Assembly: GCA_905178155.1 (NCBI GenBank)
Contig: CAJINV010000005.1
Span: 5,523,747 to 5,587,746 of the forward strand
Direction: 5' to 3'
Source: Amoebophrya sp. A120
Lineage: Eukaryota > Protista > Dinoflagellata
Length of the DNA: 64,000 nucleotides
Shown here one piece after another: positions 1 through 12,400 of the stretch; within the stretch, counting starts at the first letter, position 1, and each line of letters begins with the position of its first letter. The position numbers and the translations under genes are program-made. A model generated the notes under the pieces. It made no database searches. It was not told where the DNA came from and was given only the letters and a program-made list of their open reading frames with translations.

Positions 1-412
1 ACGCGCGCGGGCCTTGGTGGGCAGAAAAACAAAACCCGTACCCTGGCGCGCGTCCGAGGGCAAGGTAAAAAACGCAGGAGGCGAAGGCGCCGGCGCCACC
101 TGGGAAAGGCGTGCGATGGGACGTTTTTGCGCGCCGCCTCGGTGCGCCAAAATGTATTGTGAAGGCGCGCCGCTACAATACCAATTTTGTAGGTGGGCAA
201 AAAGACATATTTGGGCGGGCTCGGTGCTGCCATACGTGACAAACCGCACCGGGCTCGGTGCTGCTTTTTGGCGGGTTTTCTCAATGAAAAAAGCGCGAAA
301 ATTGTAACGCCCCAGATACGATTTGGCGTACCGAGTCGTATGTGCGTACCTAGGCCACGTCATGCATGAGCTTGATCGCAATTATACGAATGCGATACTT
401 TTGCACAGGATA
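1..412. mobile_element. Right part of an unusually long type B introner (left end outside window)
   Basis: Ends TGCGATACTTTTGCACAGGATA at 412; GC-rich interior with 15-bp repeat CGGGCTCGGTGCTGC (216-230, 250-264). Confidence 0.65.
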
Positions 413-413
413 T

Positions 414-3400
414 GGAATGAACGCGAACAATCATAAAGAGATCTACAACCTTTTGACCATCATCCGCGACACACAGACCGACGCACATCTATTCTATATC
501 GAAAGAGATATTTTCCGGAAGGAAAAAACTCTAAGAGAGATAGAGTCCATGGTGAAGTTTGGTTTGCCTTATGTTCGAGTGACGACGGCTATGAGAGTGT
601 TTTACTACTTCACCTCGTCCCCTTCATTTGTATGGCATAAAAAGCGATAGAAGTAGGGCCTGCAAGAGTGCAGCTTTTGCATAACAAATTTTCAAAGGAT
701 TTTGCCGTGTTGTTTGGGCTCCTGCCAGCAGAATCTTTGATGCTAACATTCTCAGATGGCAGAGAGTGGATTTTGTATTTTGCATGACAAATGAGAGGGA
801 TGGGGGACGACGAGTTGTGCACTTTCATAACCGATTTCGGAAACCCGGAAGAAGCAAGCTCCGCGGCGATGGCGAAAAGTGGCAGTCCCTTGATGGCCTA
901 CAATCTGCAAGATTTGTATCACGTCTTGGCACGCCCGAAGACCGCAGCGGAGCAGCGGCAGTCTGAAGCAGGACCTGATGGTGCGAAAAAAATGACTACT
1001 GGTGCCATGAATAAACCTGCTGCGGGCGGCGGTGGCGGGGTAGCCGTAGCAGGCTCTGCAACTTCTTCCAGCCTGGCCTGTACCACATCAAAAGCGCCGC
1101 CGCAGCCTGGTGCTGTACAGCCCGCGAACAGTGTTGATTTCACAGGAACAAGCGACGGAAATAAATCCGCACCAACACCAACTGCGTCTATGAAAAGTTC
1201 TGTCCCAGCACCACAAACCCTGATCTGCAAGCAGGAGTTCTATTCCCCCGGGGAAGACGCCGCCCTCCAAATGTTGCAAAGCGCGCTGCCGAGCACGAAA
1301 ATCCACGTGCTGCCTGAACCCGACCGGGAGAAGTGTACGTGCAGTGGCGGTATGCATTGCAAGAGTATCGTACTAGTGGAAATAGCATCACAAATTTTAT
1401 CTATTGAAGATGGAGTTTGTCATGTTTCTGGACAGGATAGAGGGCAGGGTGACATCTGTGATGCATGATTGCAAGTTCTAGTTCGCTGCGATAGAACGAT
1501 ACTTTTGTACATCACAATAGCTGGGCTGAACTGCCAATTTTGCTTAGACAACACGGCGAAAGACCTCGCTGATGCGTTTGAGCAAATGGGGCTTGGGGAA
1601 GACCAAACCACCGCATTTATCGCGCCCCTCGGAGGTGGAGCAGAAGCTGCAGGAGGTCCCAGTTCTGGTGACAAGCTCGGCAAGCAGGATAAGAAATCGC
1701 ACAAAGCCGACGCAAAAGCCAGCGTGATGGAATCTGCGTTGAAGAAGCACTTTAACGTGCAGACATTTTCCACGCAGACCTTGGAATCTTCAAGATCGCC
1801 TACGGCCGGCGCTGTAGCTTTTCCTATCGGAGGTGGGAGCAGCAGCAGCCCCGCCGCGGGAAGTTCTTTTCTGACCGCCAGCGCCGACGGGACTTCTTAT
1901 GGAAAAGTGAGAAAGGAGCGCGTGATGCTCAGTTTGCGACAGGACCACAGCCATCCTCACAGTAAAGTCGTGGGCGCGACGAGCGTCGGGGAGGAACAAT
2001 CTTTGCCACCTCCACCTGGAGCGAGCTATAATATTCCACCTTCCTCATCTTCTGGAAGCACTGGTAAAAACGCCGCGCCGCCGCGGCCAGCAGCTGCAGG
2101 AGTAGGTTTGGCTTCAGATACAGAACAGGCTAGGACAGAACATGAACTTCAAGTAGATGAACAAACGCAGATTGCTGCTGCTGGTGGCACAGAAGCACCC
2201 AACTTCATCACGGAAGATGAACAAGACGCTGATCATGCGGAAATGTTGCCGGACTCCATCGAGGAATGGAAGAGAAAAGTCGATCAAGATTTTGATGCTC
2301 TTTTCCCGGAGGACACCGAAGAATGTCAACGTTTTCTCGACAGGAAAAGCGTGCAGCTTCCAGAAGGGATGACTTGCTCGGATCTTCATCGAACCAGGTT
2401 GGCGGGCGCGAGCACGTCGACAGAAGTCGTTCTAGAACCTGAGCAAAGAGACGACCACGCTGATGATGCGACCACTTCCACAGAACAAGGTTCCTCTTTT
2501 CCACCTACCCCAGCAGCGTCCAACTCCCCAGCGCTTCTACCGACCAACACTGGCGCGACGGTAGGTGCAGCGGGAAAGCGCTTGACAAAGGCTGCCAAAG
2601 CGAAACTTGCTGCGGGGGCCTCGTCGGCGGCCTCGCACCTCCCACCTACTCCGATCTTCCCTTCCGAACACAAGCTTCCGCGAAAGGAGCAGAAGCGGAT
2701 TCTGCGGGACCAAAAATTGAAGCAGCAGGAAGACAAAAAAATGCAGCGTATGCAGGAGCTGGAAGAGGCGAGAATGGTGAAGGAACGCCTCGGGTTGCGC
2801 CCGGATGACAAGCTGACGCTGGGACTGAGGAGAAAGTTCGAAGACGAAAAGAGGGACCGAGAGTTCAAAGACAGCATCGAAGGAATGGAAATTCCGGTCG
2901 TAAGGTATGCAAATTCTGCTGGCCGAAATGACGACACGGAACTTTATTCCGATAATTGGAATAATTGGTGGTACGTCTCCGTAGTGGACATTATCGACCA
3001 GGTATGAGAGTGCACAACTCCCCCTCCCCCTCGTTTGTAATATGGCATGGACGGCAATACAAGCATCAGCAAGAATCCCAGTTCTGCACGACAAATTTGA
3101 TACACTGGAGCGTAGTCGTGCTATTTGGGCTACCAGAACTTGTCATGCATAATAGTGACAGGAGGGACAGTCTGGAGTTGGTGTTTTGCATGAGAAATGA
3201 GAACGAGGGGGAGTTGTGCGCTGTTATACCAGGACTTTGAGCAGTACTCTTCCTTCAACAGCATTGCCCCGGAATTCTTAAAGCCGCCTGTCAAGATGGA
3301 ATTCGTGGTATCATCTCCCAGCACCGCTCCCACCATCGCCGAAGTTGAAGATCCGAAGTTCGCCTGGAAGGATTCTTTGGAAAGAAAGGAAAGAAACGAG

Positions 3401-6400
3401 GGGAACAATAAACCGAATTTCGAGCTCCACATTAATTCCTCCTCTCTGCGCTACGCGGAATCGATTCCCGTGCAGGATTTATGAACTGCAAAAGTATCGT
3501 TGTACTAGTAGAAATCGCATCACAAATTTGGTCAGCATGGCAAACGGAACTTGTAATGTTGTTTTCCCTTAAGAGAGAGATTTGTCATGCATAGCAGCAA
3601 TTACTACGAGTGCGATACTTTTGCAGTTCATAGCATTGGAACTTCGACTATTTCGCCCTGGACGAAAGAAATAACGCGGCTGGGGGAGCAGCTGCTATCA
3701 AATGCAAATATGTAGTCTGGGTCTGGAAACTTGTAATGCTGGGCTGTGAACAGCGAATGCTCTGTAATGCACAGCCGAGCATGAGAAATTTTTGCGCGTC
3801 TTAGTGTTGCGCTTTTCGCATGACAAGTTGCGTTTTTCTATGACAAGCAAAAGGGTCTCTTTATGGACACGCATCGCAAACTCTTCAGTCATGCCAGACA
3901 AGCATGACAAACCTCGCATCCTTCCAGACCCAGACATATTTGCAGTGCATAGCTGCTAGCGCCGGAACCTATCCGGGCGCGAGGTTGAAAAACCGAATCA
4001 CGATGGAAAAGGTCAACGATTTTTTGTGGAAAAACACGTATGCATTGCAAAAGTATCGCACTAAGTGTGAACTGCATCACAAATTTTCTCACAAACAAAA
4101 ATGCAATTTGTCATGTTAGTTCAGGTAGAAAGTTGGCTTTGTCATGTACAATTGCAATCAGTACGAGCGCGAAGATACTTTTGCAGTGCATAACACGGGG
4201 AAAGACACGACGTTCGGGCATTTAACGTCGGAAGAGATGATGCGCAAGAGTAAGTTTTTGCCGATCGATATCGTATTTAAAAACGTTCCCATCGATCCCA
4301 TAGCTGTAATGCAAATTTGCATGCCAAAAATGTTTCTCATGCGGAGCCCCATGAGAAGCATTTTCTAGTCGTGATTTAGAATTTGTCATGCGCCAATCAG
4401 CATGACATACTAGATCTGTGATGCTGCTCCTGCTGAGCTAGCTCAAACAGCACTACGCCACGAGTCGAAATCTGTTGTGCGAAACAGCCAAAACTTGTGG
4501 ATTTGTCTAGCCGATTCCCCATGTTGACTATGTGGTCGTGGGGACGTTTATGCATAGGATAATCGAGATGCTGACGATCGCGGGTACGCAGTTCCCAATG
4601 AGCCTGAGTCTAGACTTGATCAAAAAGGACCCCTATCAAATGCAAAAATGTCTGGGTCTGGAAGATTAAAACTTGTCATGCTAAATCCGAATAATGCAAA
4701 AATCATTGCTGCATGAGTGCCAAAAGCTGTCCACTTTCGACCAAGTTTGGAGGGAGTTTCTCATGCGGGATAGGCATGGCAGAGACCTCGCAGACTCTGC
4801 CATGCTAGGCCCTGCATTCCAGACCTCATGGGTCAAGGAAAATCTGCATGATAAATCTCGCAATCTTCCAGACCCAGACACTTTTGCATTGGATAACCCC
4901 TACGCCTTCCCGATTGGCATGATAAATCACCACACACCGGAGCACGGGCCGTTTATCTACCAACCGTTTCTGGACATTTGGAAGTGGGCGCCGCTGTTAT
5001 GCAATACAAATTTTCCGTACATGTACTACAAAATGCATTATACAAATTTCACCAATTTGGAGTGCTGTAACACTTGTCATGCTAAACTAGGATCGAAACT
5101 CAATTTTGTCATGCAGAGACTGCATTTGTACGTGTACGGAAAATTTACTGTGGATAGCTGTGCAGCAAGGCCTACGGGAAGCCAACCACGGCGGGAATTG
5201 ACGAATTGGCGAGACAAGTTCCATATCCTGTGCAAAAGTATCGTACTCGTATATTAAATGCAGGTCTTGCATGACAGATCTGCTTTTTTAGCTTGTTCTG
5301 CATGACAAATTTCATTTTTCCTTTACGAAAAAATTGTCATGCGTTTTGTACTAGTGCGATGCTTTTGCAATGCATATCCCAATGCCAAGATTCGTAAAAG
5401 ATTCAGATTGCGGATCTTTTGCGTGCACTCGTTGTGGACCTCCCACAGCGATGGAAACAAAGGAACGGCTTTCAGGAGACACTGACGCGGGCTCCAGTAG
5501 TAGATCGTCAGCCCCCTTTGGAGGAGATGCAGCAAAAGCTAGTGGAACCAAGCTGAAGGCGCCGGTGGTGCAGCATGTTACGGATAGAGGCTGCGCCGCC
5601 GGAGGTGGCGCTAGCCCCTCTGCCAACCCGGAATCTTCCGCGTTGCGTGCACTTCCAGCCGTGAAAAAGGGAAAGAATAAGAGGCCGAAGGACATCAACA
5701 TCAGGCGAAGTAAATCTTCTTCCGGTGCTGGCGTCGGCTCGCTGTCGACTTACGCTTTGCCTCCTGGAATGGTATCGACGTCGACCTCCGGCAAGATGAT
5801 GAAGCCGGGTTCTCGGGAAGACGAGGAAGACGAAGATGACCACGACGACCCGGATGAAAAATTCGACCAAAAACAACTCTACGGCCATCACGATCCAGCC
5901 AATGCGCCAAGTCAAAAAGCGTTGCCGGTGATTAATCTCGGGCCGAAAACGAAAGAGCAACAATACGAGAAAGTGATAACGACCAAGGAGGGAGAGAAGA
6001 AAAGAGTTCGCGTCACCATGCAGCTGCAACAAGGGGTGGTGGTTAGTAGTACAAGTACTGGACAAGAAGGAAAAATTTCATCTCGCGCAGATTCTCATGA
6101 TGGTGCGGCAGCAGCAGGTGCAGGATTTTCAACATCGGATCAACAGCAGCAGACAACAGCAGCTGATTGCGCTGCTTCGACCTCCGTTGTGGCCACTCCC
6201 GTGATCATCGACCTGAGCGAGGCGGCCGAGTTGGAAAGACCTGCCTGCATCGCCGCGGCAAAGGAGGCACTTCGGGCCGCCAGCAGCAGTTTCAAGACGA
6301 GTTCTGGTTCTAGTTCGTCTACTAGTACAAGCTTCATGCAAAACTTCCATCCTTATTTGCTACCCACCGCCGCCGGACCCCCGGAAACGTTCGGGCCGCA

Positions 6401-9400
6401 AGAGCAGGAGCAATCCGGTTCCTCTTGTCCCCCGCCACAGTACTCAGCTCAATTCCCGGAAACTTTCACCTCTACTGACGGACGCAGGTTTCGCTGTTTA
6501 CAGCCGGGAAGCAACATTTACTATCCTGAGGATGAGTGGGAGCAAGATGCTGCCGCCGCTGGTAATGCTGACCAACAACAACCAGCACCTGATCTCGACG
6601 ACCTCGCAGCTGCTGCTGCTCACCTGGAACGAGATATGCGAAACTGCACGATAGGAGACGCACCACGCGCAGGAGCTACCACCACGCCTTGCTCCGGAAA
6701 AAGCACTCCGACGGAACCACCTACAGAGAACGGAGATGATGATGATCCAAATGAAGACAATAAATCCGCTCTGAGCAGCGAAGACGAGCGGATCCTCGCT
6801 GCGGCTTTGATAAAGTTGCAAGAGTGCGACAGCTCTGCTGCTGCGGAGCATCAAGGTGGAACAATTGCTACGAAGGTGATCACCACCGAGGAGCTGCGTG
6901 AATTTTCAAAACATCTCGTCAAAGATGCGTTTTCCGCGGCTCCTGGGCACGAGATGGCCGCAGTGCCGTATTTTGTGGTGCCCCTGAACAGGAACAGCAA
7001 GGGGAAAATGGAACTTGGAGAAATGAAGAAATTTTTGACCACTTCCGATGTTTGCAGTCCTGGAGAACAAGATGATGAGCCAGCAGCTGATGAGAATGGT
7101 GCTGAACTATCCCGCGCCGAACCGCGAGAAGAAAGAGAAGCACAGGATGTTGCCTCGGCCCAGAGGCAGGCCAGTACAGGAGATGATGATGCTGAAATAA
7201 GCTGCTCAACACACGACAGAAGCGCTGGCTCAGCTAGTGGTGCTGCAATTGCTATTGCTCCCCCACCCAAGAAGAAGCAAAAGGGCATTTTGAAGCAGGG
7301 CTTTTTGAAGGAAAATACCACCTCCAGGAGCGTTCCTGCGGCACAGAATAAAAAAGGTAGTGCAACAGCAACATCTACTTGCGACAATAAAGCTATCATA
7401 CCTGCAGTCCCAACTGCAACACCAACATCCATTGATGTTGACAAGCTGAAGCAAGAGGCAGCCCAGGCTGAGACGTTGCAACTGCTTTGCGAGAAACTGT
7501 ATCAAGTGTAAAAATGTCTGGGTCTGGAAGAATGCAACTTGTGATGCTGCATTTGGATTCCAAAAAAATCTGTATTGCATGAGTACCAACGGGAATGCAA
7601 GTTTTGCCACGCTGAGAAGGCATTTGTCATGCGGAATAGGCATCGAGAAGCCCTCTGAAAATCTGTATTGCTAGGGTACGCATCACAGACATCATGGCTC
7701 ATGCAAAACGTGCGTGACAAATGTCAGAATCTTCCAGACCCAGACATTTTTACAGTTGATAAACTGCAGGAAATTGCGGACGATGCCGAGGACAAGCAAC
7801 AAGCTGAATGTACTGCACAGGAGTATCCACAGAAAAAAACCCATCCACATCCATAGTTTGCATGACAAACACAGAATTTTATGTATGTTTTGCATGACAA
7901 ATTGGATGGGGATGGGTTTTTTTCTGTGGATAAGGAGGCACTGGAAGCGTACAAGAAAGGCCAAAAACTCGTGCAGGAGGTCTTCGGCGTTTTTGAGCAA
8001 CAAGGTGAAAATGCAGCTTCGTCCGGGAAAACTAGGACTCCCACGACCGCTGCGGCTTGTAGTGCTTCAGGTGCTGCTGGGAAAGGCAAGGCGGGGAAGA
8101 CGAAAACGACGACTGTGGTCAGTGGGGTCCAGACCCCGCCAGATGAATCTCCTGCGCTGTGCTCATCCTCGGCGGCTCGTTCCTCTAGTGGGAAGGGCAT
8201 GGGAGCATCAAAGACTGGAGGCGGCTGTGTTCCCGATAGTTGCGGCGGAGCTCCTACTTCGAAGACGTGTTCGTCCCACCCGCCGGGGATTCATAATGTT
8301 CCGTTGCCCTCTTCTCGTGGCTCAGGAGCGACGTCCAATACAGGCGGGAATTCCTCCGACTTCACCCAAATCGAAGCTACCATCCATGCGGACTTGAGCC
8401 CCTTCGACAAACAGAAGATAGACGAGAAGAGGACAGAACTCCTGAAAGAAGCCGACAAATTTCTCGGGGATCGGACCATGGTAATGCAAAAACTCGTATG
8501 TATTGCGAATATGTCTGGGTCTGGATCTGGAAAGTTGTGATGCTAATGTCCGAATGACGCGCAACCTGTATATAGGGGTCCGCGCATGACAAGTTTCTGA
8601 GCGGTTATGTCGAGCGTCACGCGCATGACAAATCGCCTCTTTGCATGACAAACAAGTAGTGGCGCTGTCGCGGAACAGCCATGACAGACTTTTCTGTCTC
8701 ATCGGCAAAGCATGACAAACTTGCATTGTCCCAGACGACCCAGACATATTTGCATTTGATAACTCGTGCGAGTCCAACAGGAACCCTTCATCGACGTCCA
8801 GCCGATTATTGGGGATGAATTGCGGCAGGTGAAAAGAGACCTCTTGCAGTCGGGAGCCCGGCAGTTTCCAGACCGCTGGATTACGACTGTGGTGATTTCA
8901 TCTACTGAACATGAAGATCAAAATGGCTTGCTAGAGCGACGTATCAACTGTAAAAATGTCTGGGTCTGGAAGAATCTAACTTGTCATGCTGTTTTGGATT
9001 CTAAAAAAATCTATATTGCATGAGCAGCAAAGAGAGTTCAAGTTTTGCTACACGGAAAGAGCATTTGTCATGGGGTATAGGCATCAGGAAGCCCTCACAA
9101 AATCTGTGATGCTAGGGCATGCATCACAGTCATCAGAAGTCATGCAAAATGTGCATGACAAACCTGGCAATCTTCCAGACCCAGACATTTTTACATTTGA
9201 TACGACGGGAAGTGATGATTTACCACGACAGTGCTGTATGGCGTTCTCAACTGTTACATTCTCAGCTGTTGCATGAATTTATGCTGCAAGACTGGCAAAA
9301 GTGAAAAGGGGGTCCTTGCGCGTCTTGCATTACAGATTTGGAACAGACGAGTAGGAGCCTGCTTGGCCCTTCGAAAATTTGTCATGCGAAGCAGCTTGAT

Positions 9401-12400
9401 CGTGTCTACTCCGATCCCGATGGTAAGTTCGCAACATGACAAATCGTGTAAGAGTTGAGAATGTAACATTTGAGAACTCCATATGCTGGGGAGATGCTCT
9501 ATGAGGTGAACGAGGAGCCAATTTCCATGTCGGTTTCGTTAGAGGTGAACAAAGATGACGAGTCGGGTGGTGGCTACATGGTGGATGTTGATCTAGTGAG
9601 CGGGACAACAACTTCTGCAAGAACCAGTGCTGGTGGTGGTACTGCAGCTGCTGCTAGTGGCGCCAGCTCTAAAACTCCTCCTGCGTATCCGCCGCCGAAA
9701 ATGACGATCATGCAAAGGAGCACCGATGCCGAACAGCGTCAAAATGCCAAGTTTCTGACCGATCCGCAAAAGGCTTTTTTGATGAAAGTGCTGCAAGCGT
9801 GTATGCCAGGAAAAAGTGGCTGTAGCGGAGGAGGTGCTGGTGACGAAGTAGTAGGAGGTGATCCTCAAGCAGCTCTTCCACAAAGCGCCAAAGCGCAGCG
9901 GAAGAAGCAGTTTCAGAAAAGAATCCAGGAATCGCTGGCGAAAAAGCGCGGAGAACACGGAAGTTCTTCCGGCTCTGTGTACAGGAACAACATCGTCGCA
10001 ATCACCAACATCCTGGAGTTGAAGTGCCTCCCTGGAGTCACCGTCGACGAAGCTGTGGAACGATTTGTGCGGAGATTGGAACCTAGGAGACCCAGCGACT
10101 TCTACGATCGAGGCCAGCATCAAACGGTAACGGGGACAGCGACAGCTGCGCCGTCGTCATCATCTCAAGAAGCGGGTGCTGGAGCAGCTGCATCATCATC
10201 CTCTGGAGCAGGAGGACCTCCAGGAGTTGTTGCAGCCCCGGCTGCCCCACCGCAGAAAATCCCTCGCGAGGGGGCGAAGAAGAAGGTGGAGGAGGCAGGC
10301 GGCAGAAATTCGGCAAGTTTGCAGGAGATGCAAAACATCGAGAAGGTCGTGCAGGCAATCGTGGAAACCAAGAAGAACCGAGCAAGTATTATGGTGATTC
10401 TGCAATCCATTCTGGAAACGGCCCTCGTCAACGCCGATCCATCGCTGGGCTTCGCGGAAAATTACTACGCCATGAAGAGATTCGAACTGCTGCAAAAATG
10501 CGCCAAGCCCGTACCTTCGAAGGCTGCACAGAAGCAGATGAAGAAAAGAGGAAAAGACGCTACGAATTGCAAAAGTATCGTATTCATCGTATAAATGCAT
10601 TACAAATTTCCTCAGCATGAGAAATAAAATTTGTAATGCGGATTTAGCTTATGCGAAAGATTTGCAATGCAGGACTGCAATACGAGTACGATACTTTTGC
10701 ACAGGATAGACGCTTCTAAAGACCAAAAATTCGACGCGCAAAAACTGTTCGAGGGGAAGTACCCGGGAGATACGGAGATTGACCTGGACTGCAGCTTATG
10801 CATTGCAAAAGATTCGCACTTGTAGAATTTGCATTTCAATATTTTCCAGAAGGTGGATGAAAAATGAAATTTGCATTGCTGATTTACATTTAGCAAGGAA
10901 CAAGCCATATTATCTGTCATGCTGTACTGCCATCAGTACTACGAGTGCGATGCACTTTTGCCTTCGATACAGCAGCAAGGAGTACGAAGCGTTGCTAAGA
11001 GAGCCGGATTACTTCAACGAGAAGTTGAAAAAAAGGGACGACTTGAGGTTACTCGCAACCCGGGAGGCCGAGATCGACGGGTTGTATCCTGTGCAAAAGT
11101 ATCGTACTCGCGTAGGCGTACTAGTATAAATCGCATTACAAATTAGCTCAGCATTACAAACCTAAATATAAATTTGTAATGCTGATTTACCTTAACAGCT
11201 AGATTTGTAATGCATACCTGCAATTTATTAGTACGAGTGCGATACTTTTGCACTGCATAGGTTGGGGTACGATACCATGCAAGACTCGTTGAAAGCGATC
11301 TTTTTAATTTCCGGGTTGCAGGTCCCGTTTGGCCGTTCCATTTTCATGTATGACGACGGGTCTACGACTTCTGTAAAGGAGGAACGCGTAATGAAGGCTG
11401 GATCGAACAAACGCCAGGGAAAGGAAACCGCGGCTATCAAGCGCACACTGATTACCCACATTTTCTATCAAATACAAATATGTCTAGGTCTGGAAGGCTC
11501 CAACTTGTGATGCTGACTTTGAATTCAGAAAAAAATCTGTATTGCATGACCAGCAAGCGGAGTCCAGTATGTGCTACGTGGAGAGGGCGTTTCTCATGCG
11601 GAATAAGCATCAGGAAGCCTTCTGAAAATCTGTGATGCTTGGCCGTGCATTACAGGCGTCACGGGTCATGCAAGGGGCGGCTCTCCCCTACAAACATAGA
11701 AACGGCCATCGTCGGGGTTCCGGGTACATTTTGCACACCATGTACCTGGAGGGCGCAAGCCTCATACCATACCATACCATGCAAAATATGCATGACAAAC
11801 CTGGCAGTCTTCCAGACGACCCAGACATATTTGCAATGAATATTTTCCCGATAACCCAGGGGGCCTTAGTCGATTCCGCCACGGCGTTTCATAATGTGAA
11901 TGTCGTTGATATGGAAGCGTCAGAGTTGAAATCGACAAAGTTGAAATAACTTGTAATGCATAGAATGCGATACAAAAAGTGACTCTATTGCAGAGGACCC
12001 ACGGGAGGCAGATTATAGTCCTGGCAAGGGTCAAAAGTTGGACTGCTAACTAGCATGACAGAAGGCAGCTCTTTTGCCCTAAACCGCATGACAGACTCGC
12101 TTCCAGGACAGGGAAAATTTGTCATGCACCGACTACACACTGTAGGTCTAACTGGTAGCCGTTTTATGCATGACAAACTATTTCAACTTTGACGATTTCA
12201 AACCTGACGCATCCAGAGTTGAGTTTATGACCGGTGGGTCCGGTGAAGAGTACTTCCGGCCGATCCCGACACCTGGGACCTTGGAGTTCGATCGATTGCC
12301 GGAGGAACTGAAGCACCGGTATAAATCAGAGATCGTCAAGTTGGTCGAGATATGAAATGCAAAAGCATTGTACTAGCATGAATTGCATCACAAATTGACT

